The notes under the pieces were generated by a model. It ran no database searches. It was not told the origin of the DNA and saw only the letters and a list, made by a program, of their open reading frames with translations. From an uncultured Actinomycetota bacterium (GTDB lineage Bacteria > Actinomycetota > Actinomycetes > Propionibacteriales > Nocardioidaceae): a stretch of 64,000 bases of DNA. Each line of letters starts with the position of its first letter. Position 1 is the stretch's first letter. Where the stretch lies: NCBI GenBank assembly GCA_963800715.1, contig CAWDBZ010000009.1, positions 3,911-67,910 on the forward strand. Reading direction: 5' to 3'. Position numbers and translations under genes: made by a program. Positions 60,945 to 64,000 of the stretch are shown in pieces.

Positions 60945-61942
60945 GCAAGGTCGCAGTGTTCGGTGCCGGGTCGTGGGGGACGGCGTTCTCGATGGTGCTC
61001 GCCGACGGCGGCAACGACGTCACGATCTGGGCCCGCCGCGAGGAGGTCGCCGAGGCGATCAACGAACGGCGCGAGAACGAGGAGTACCTCCCCGGGGTCG
61101 AGCTGCCGCCCGCGGTCTCGGCCACCCACGACGTCGAGAAGGCGGCCGTCGACGCGGACATCGTCATCTTCGCGACGCCCTCGCAGAGCTTCCGCACGAA
61201 CCTCGAGGACTGGGCGCCATACCTCGCCGACGACGCCGTGCTGGTGTCGCTGATGAAGGGCGTCGAGCTCGGCACCCTCAACCGGATGAGCGAGGTGATC
61301 GCCCAGGTCACGGGCGCCGGCCCCGAGCGGATCGGCGTGATCAGCGGGCCCAACCTGGCCAAGGAGATCGCCCGCCGTGAGCCCGCCGCCTCGGTCGTCG
61401 CGTGCGCCGACGAGGAGGTCGCGAAGCATCTGCAGGACCGCTGCCACTCGCCGGCGTTCCGCCCCTACACCTCCGTCGACGTGCTCGGCTGTGAGCTCGG
61501 CGGCGCATACAAGAACGTCGTCGGCCTCGCGGTCGGCATGGCGGTCGGTCTCGGGTTCGGCGACAACACGACCGCCTCGGTGATCACCCGTGGCCTCGCC
61601 GAGACGGCCCGGCTCGCGACCAAGCTGGGCGCCAACCCGCTGACCTTGATGGGCCTGGCCGGCCTCGGCGACCTGGTCGCGACCTGCTCCTCGCCGCTGT
61701 CGCGCAACCGCAGCTTCGGCGAGAAGCTCGGCCAGGGGATGAGCACCGAGGAGATCGTCGCGTCCACCCGCCAGGTCGCCGAGGGGGCCAAGTCCTGCGC
61801 CTCTCTGCGCGCCCTTGCCGAGCGCTCCGGTGTTGACTCCCCGATCGCGCAGTACGTCGACGACGTCGTCGCGGGCCGGATGACGGCCATGGAGATGATG
61901 GACTCCACGCTGGCGCGCGAGACCAAGGCGGAAATGGAGTGA
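60941..61942 (+). CDS. gpsA: NAD(P)H-dependent glycerol-3-phosphate dehydrogenase
   Basis: GAGSWGTA, SGPNLA, GAYKNV, GLGDLVATC..SRN. Confidence 0.96.
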   Translation: MSKVAVFGAGSWGTAFSMVLADGGNDVTIWARREEVAEAINERRENEEYLPGVELPPAVSATHDVEKAAVDADIVIFATPSQSFRTNLEDWAPYLADDAVLVSLMKGVELGTLNRMSEVIAQVTGAGPERIGVISGPNLAKEIARREPAASVVACADEEVAKHLQDRCHSPAFRPYTSVDVLGCELGGAYKNVVGLAVGMAVGLGFGDNTTASVITRGLAETARLATKLGANPLTLMGLAGLGDLVATCSSPLSRNRSFGEKLGQGMSTEEIVASTRQVAEGAKSCASLRALAERSGVDSPIAQYVDDVVAGRMTAMEMMDSTLARETKAEME

Positions 61943-61953
61943 CACCCACCGGT

Positions 61954-62160
61954 GGTTGAGGAAGGCGCTCTGCGCCTGTCTCGAAACCGCTGAAGCCGGC
62001 GCTGGAACTCGCCCACCGCAGGTCGAGCCTGTCGAGACCACCGCAGCGTGGGCTGGGAGCCGACCCTGCGGCCATCTCGACAGGCTCGATGAGCGGTGAT
62101 TGCGTCCCAGCCCCGAGTTTGCGAGGTTTCGAGACGCTCGCTAGCGCGAGCTCCTCAACC
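61954..62160. repeat. Nested REP cluster A-B-B'-A'
   Basis: GGTTGAGG..GTCTCGAAACC (61954-61988) vs GGTTTCGAGAC..CCTCAACC (62125-62160); TCGAGCCTGTCGAGA (62023) vs TCTCGACAGGCTCGA (62075). Confidence 0.8.
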
Positions 62161-63243
62161 AGCGATCTTGTCCAGCGCCTGCGACAAGTCGGCCCAGAGG
62201 TCCTCGACGTCCTCGATGCCGACCGAGAGTCGGACCAGTCCCTCGGGGATGGTCACGGGCTCGGACTTCCACCGGCGGCGCCGCTCGAACGACGACTCGA
62301 CGCCGCCGAGGCTGGTGGCGTGCACCCAGAGCGCGGTGGCGCGCACCAGCAGGTCGGCCTGGTCGGCGGTGGGCAGCACGATCGAGACCATGGCGCCGAG
62401 GCCCGGGTAGCGGACCTCGGTGAGCAGCGGGTGGTCGGCGAGACGGCGCGCGAGCTCGGCGGCGTTGGCCTGGGCGCGCTCGACCCGCAGGTGCAGGGTG
62501 CGCAGGCCGCGCAGGGCGAGCCAGGCCTCGAACGGCCCGGGCGTGTTGCCCTGGACGTCGCGGCGCGCCTTGAGCACGGAGTGGAGATCGTCGTCGCGGG
62601 TGACGATCGCCCCGAGCTGTACGTCGCTGTGGCCGGCGAGGTACTTGGTCGCCGAGTGCAGCACCACGTCGGCGCCGAGCTCGAGAGGCCGCTGCAGCAA
62701 CGGGGTGAGGAACGTGTTGTCGACGACCACGCGCGCGCCGGCGTCGTGGGCCGCCGCGATGATCGTGGGGGCGTCGGCCACCTCGAGGGCAGGGTTGGTC
62801 GGCGACTCGAACCAGACCAGCGCGGCGTTGTCGCACGCCTCGACCACGGCCGCGGTGTCCGTGATGTCGACGAGCGTCGTGGTGAGCCGGCCGCGGAGCT
62901 CGAGGTCGGCGAGCTGGACCAGGGTGCCGTTGTAGGAGTGCCTCGGCACGACCACGCGGTCGCCGAGCGCGACCAGGTCCAGGAGGCTGGTGACCGCCGC
63001 CATCCCGGATGCGTAGGCCAGGCACTGCCCGCCCTCCAACCGGCCGAGAGCGGTCTCGAACGCGGTCCACGTCGGGTTGCCGTAGCGGCCGTACTCGAGG
63101 TCCCCACCCGCGACGTACGTCGACGCCATCGTGATCGGCGCGTTGAGCGGCTGGTCCGGCTCGTGCGGTGGCCGGCCCGCGGTCACGGCGACGGTCGCGG
63201 GCTGCAGTGACCCGCTCTGGGGGTGCTCGGGAGGCGGAACCAT
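62155..63243 (-). CDS. Cys/Met metabolism PLP enzyme (cystathionine gamma-synthase/lyase family)
   Basis: YGRYGNPT, SGMAA, ESPTNP, VDNTF, HSATKYLAGHSD, SLGGVES. Confidence 0.92.
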   Translation of the reverse strand: MVPPPEHPQSGSLQPATVAVTAGRPPHEPDQPLNAPITMASTYVAGGDLEYGRYGNPTWTAFETALGRLEGGQCLAYASGMAAVTSLLDLVALGDRVVVPRHSYNGTLVQLADLELRGRLTTTLVDITDTAAVVEACDNAALVWFESPTNPALEVADAPTIIAAAHDAGARVVVDNTFLTPLLQRPLELGADVVLHSATKYLAGHSDVQLGAIVTRDDDLHSVLKARRDVQGNTPGPFEAWLALRGLRTLHLRVERAQANAAELARRLADHPLLTEVRYPGLGAMVSIVLPTADQADLLVRATALWVHATSLGGVESSFERRRRWKSEPVTIPEGLVRLSVGIEDVEDLWADLSQALDKIAG

Positions 63244-63262
63244 GGGCACTAGTGTCGCGGTT

Positions 63263-64000
63263 GTGCTGACGACGTTGTTGGGCGGGCGCGCGTTCGCCGA
63301 GCGGCACGGCGAGAGTCCCGCCAAGGTCGTCGCGCTGCACGGCTGGGGCCGCACCCGCGCCGACTGGAACGCCACGCTCCAGGGCTACGACGCGCTGGCC
63401 ATCGACCTCCCCGGCTTCGGAGCCACGCCGGCTCCGGACAGCGGTTGGAGCACGTCGGAGTACGCCGAGTGGGTGGCCGAGTGCCTCGACGAGGTGATCA
63501 GCTCCGGGGGAGACCGGCTGGTCCTCGTCGGCCACTCCTTCGGCGGCCGGGTGGCGGTGCAGCTCGCCGCGACGAATCCCGAGCTGGTGCGCGGGATCGT
63601 CCTGACCGGCGTACCGCTGCTGCGACAGGAGACCGCCGCGCGCAAGCCGGCGCTCGGCTTCCGCGTGCTGCGGTTCCTCAACAAGTGGCACTTCATCTCC
63701 AACGACCTCATGGAGAAGGAGCGCCGCAAGCGCGGCTCGGCCGACTACCGCGCCGCCGAGGGCGAGATGCGTGAGGTGCTGGTCAAGGCGGTCAACGAGG
63801 ACTACGTCGACGCGCTCGACGCGCTCGCGTCGAACCGGCTGCCGGTGGCGATGGTCTGGGGCGAGCACGACACCGCCGCGGCAACGGCGATGGCAGAGCG
63901 AGCCCGGGCCCGGATCGGCGCAAATGCCGACCTGGAGGTCGTGCCGGGCTCGGCGCACCTGCTCGACGACGCGCTGGTCGCCGCCCTCCGCAGGGCGATC
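63263..64000 (+). CDS. Alpha/beta hydrolase, runs off window end
   Basis: LHGWG, DLPGFG, GHSFGG, WGEHD, C-terminal His; missing from the ORF track because it has no stop in the window. Confidence 0.85.
   Translation, partial: MLTTLLGGRAFAERHGESPAKVVALHGWGRTRADWNATLQGYDALAIDLPGFGATPAPDSGWSTSEYAEWVAECLDEVISSGGDRLVLVGHSFGGRVAVQLAATNPELVRGIVLTGVPLLRQETAARKPALGFRVLRFLNKWHFISNDLMEKERRKRGSADYRAAEGEMREVLVKAVNEDYVDALDALASNRLPVAMVWGEHDTAAATAMAERARARIGANADLEVVPGSAHLLDDALVAALRRAI

Noticed and set aside
1-64000. Many long alternative-frame and antisense ORFs (e.g. 11459-13267, 23772-26075, 44331-45839, 62141-63958)
   Set aside because: They shadow well-supported genes, are Arg/Gly/Pro-rich or motif-free, and are expected at this GC content

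Overview
High-GC actinobacterial chromosome segment (gene content, REP-type repeats and the iclR/ndgR-leuCD-hup-cofC-plsC-gpsA block suggest a Nocardioides-like organism; this is inference). 1-5.1 kb: sugar ABC/oxidoreductase/xylA/TIM-barrel operon with many single-base frameshifts. 5.1-20.5 kb: mosaic of small unrelated genes, gene remnants and two large STAND-type regulators, punctuated by six copies of an unannotated hairpin-forming motif. 20.6-31.6 kb: probable xyloglucan-oligosaccharide locus (ABC, GH31, GH1, LacI, GH3-CBM6). A 3' tRNA-Glu fragment at 33040-33091 looks like an att scar. 33.2-43.8 kb holds the most striking feature, a nine-gene phospho-signalling locus (TerY-type vWA/PP2C/kinase triad, second kinase, dual-FHA membrane protease, Pro-rich membrane protein, two-Rossmann flavoprotein, small membrane protein, Zn-ribbon-FHA protein) ending in a MITE. 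It is followed by an antiporter, a sulfonate uptake/monooxygenase locus, LCP, ada/alkA-ogt and core genes. I found no CRISPR array, rRNA, intact tRNA, integrase or transposase.
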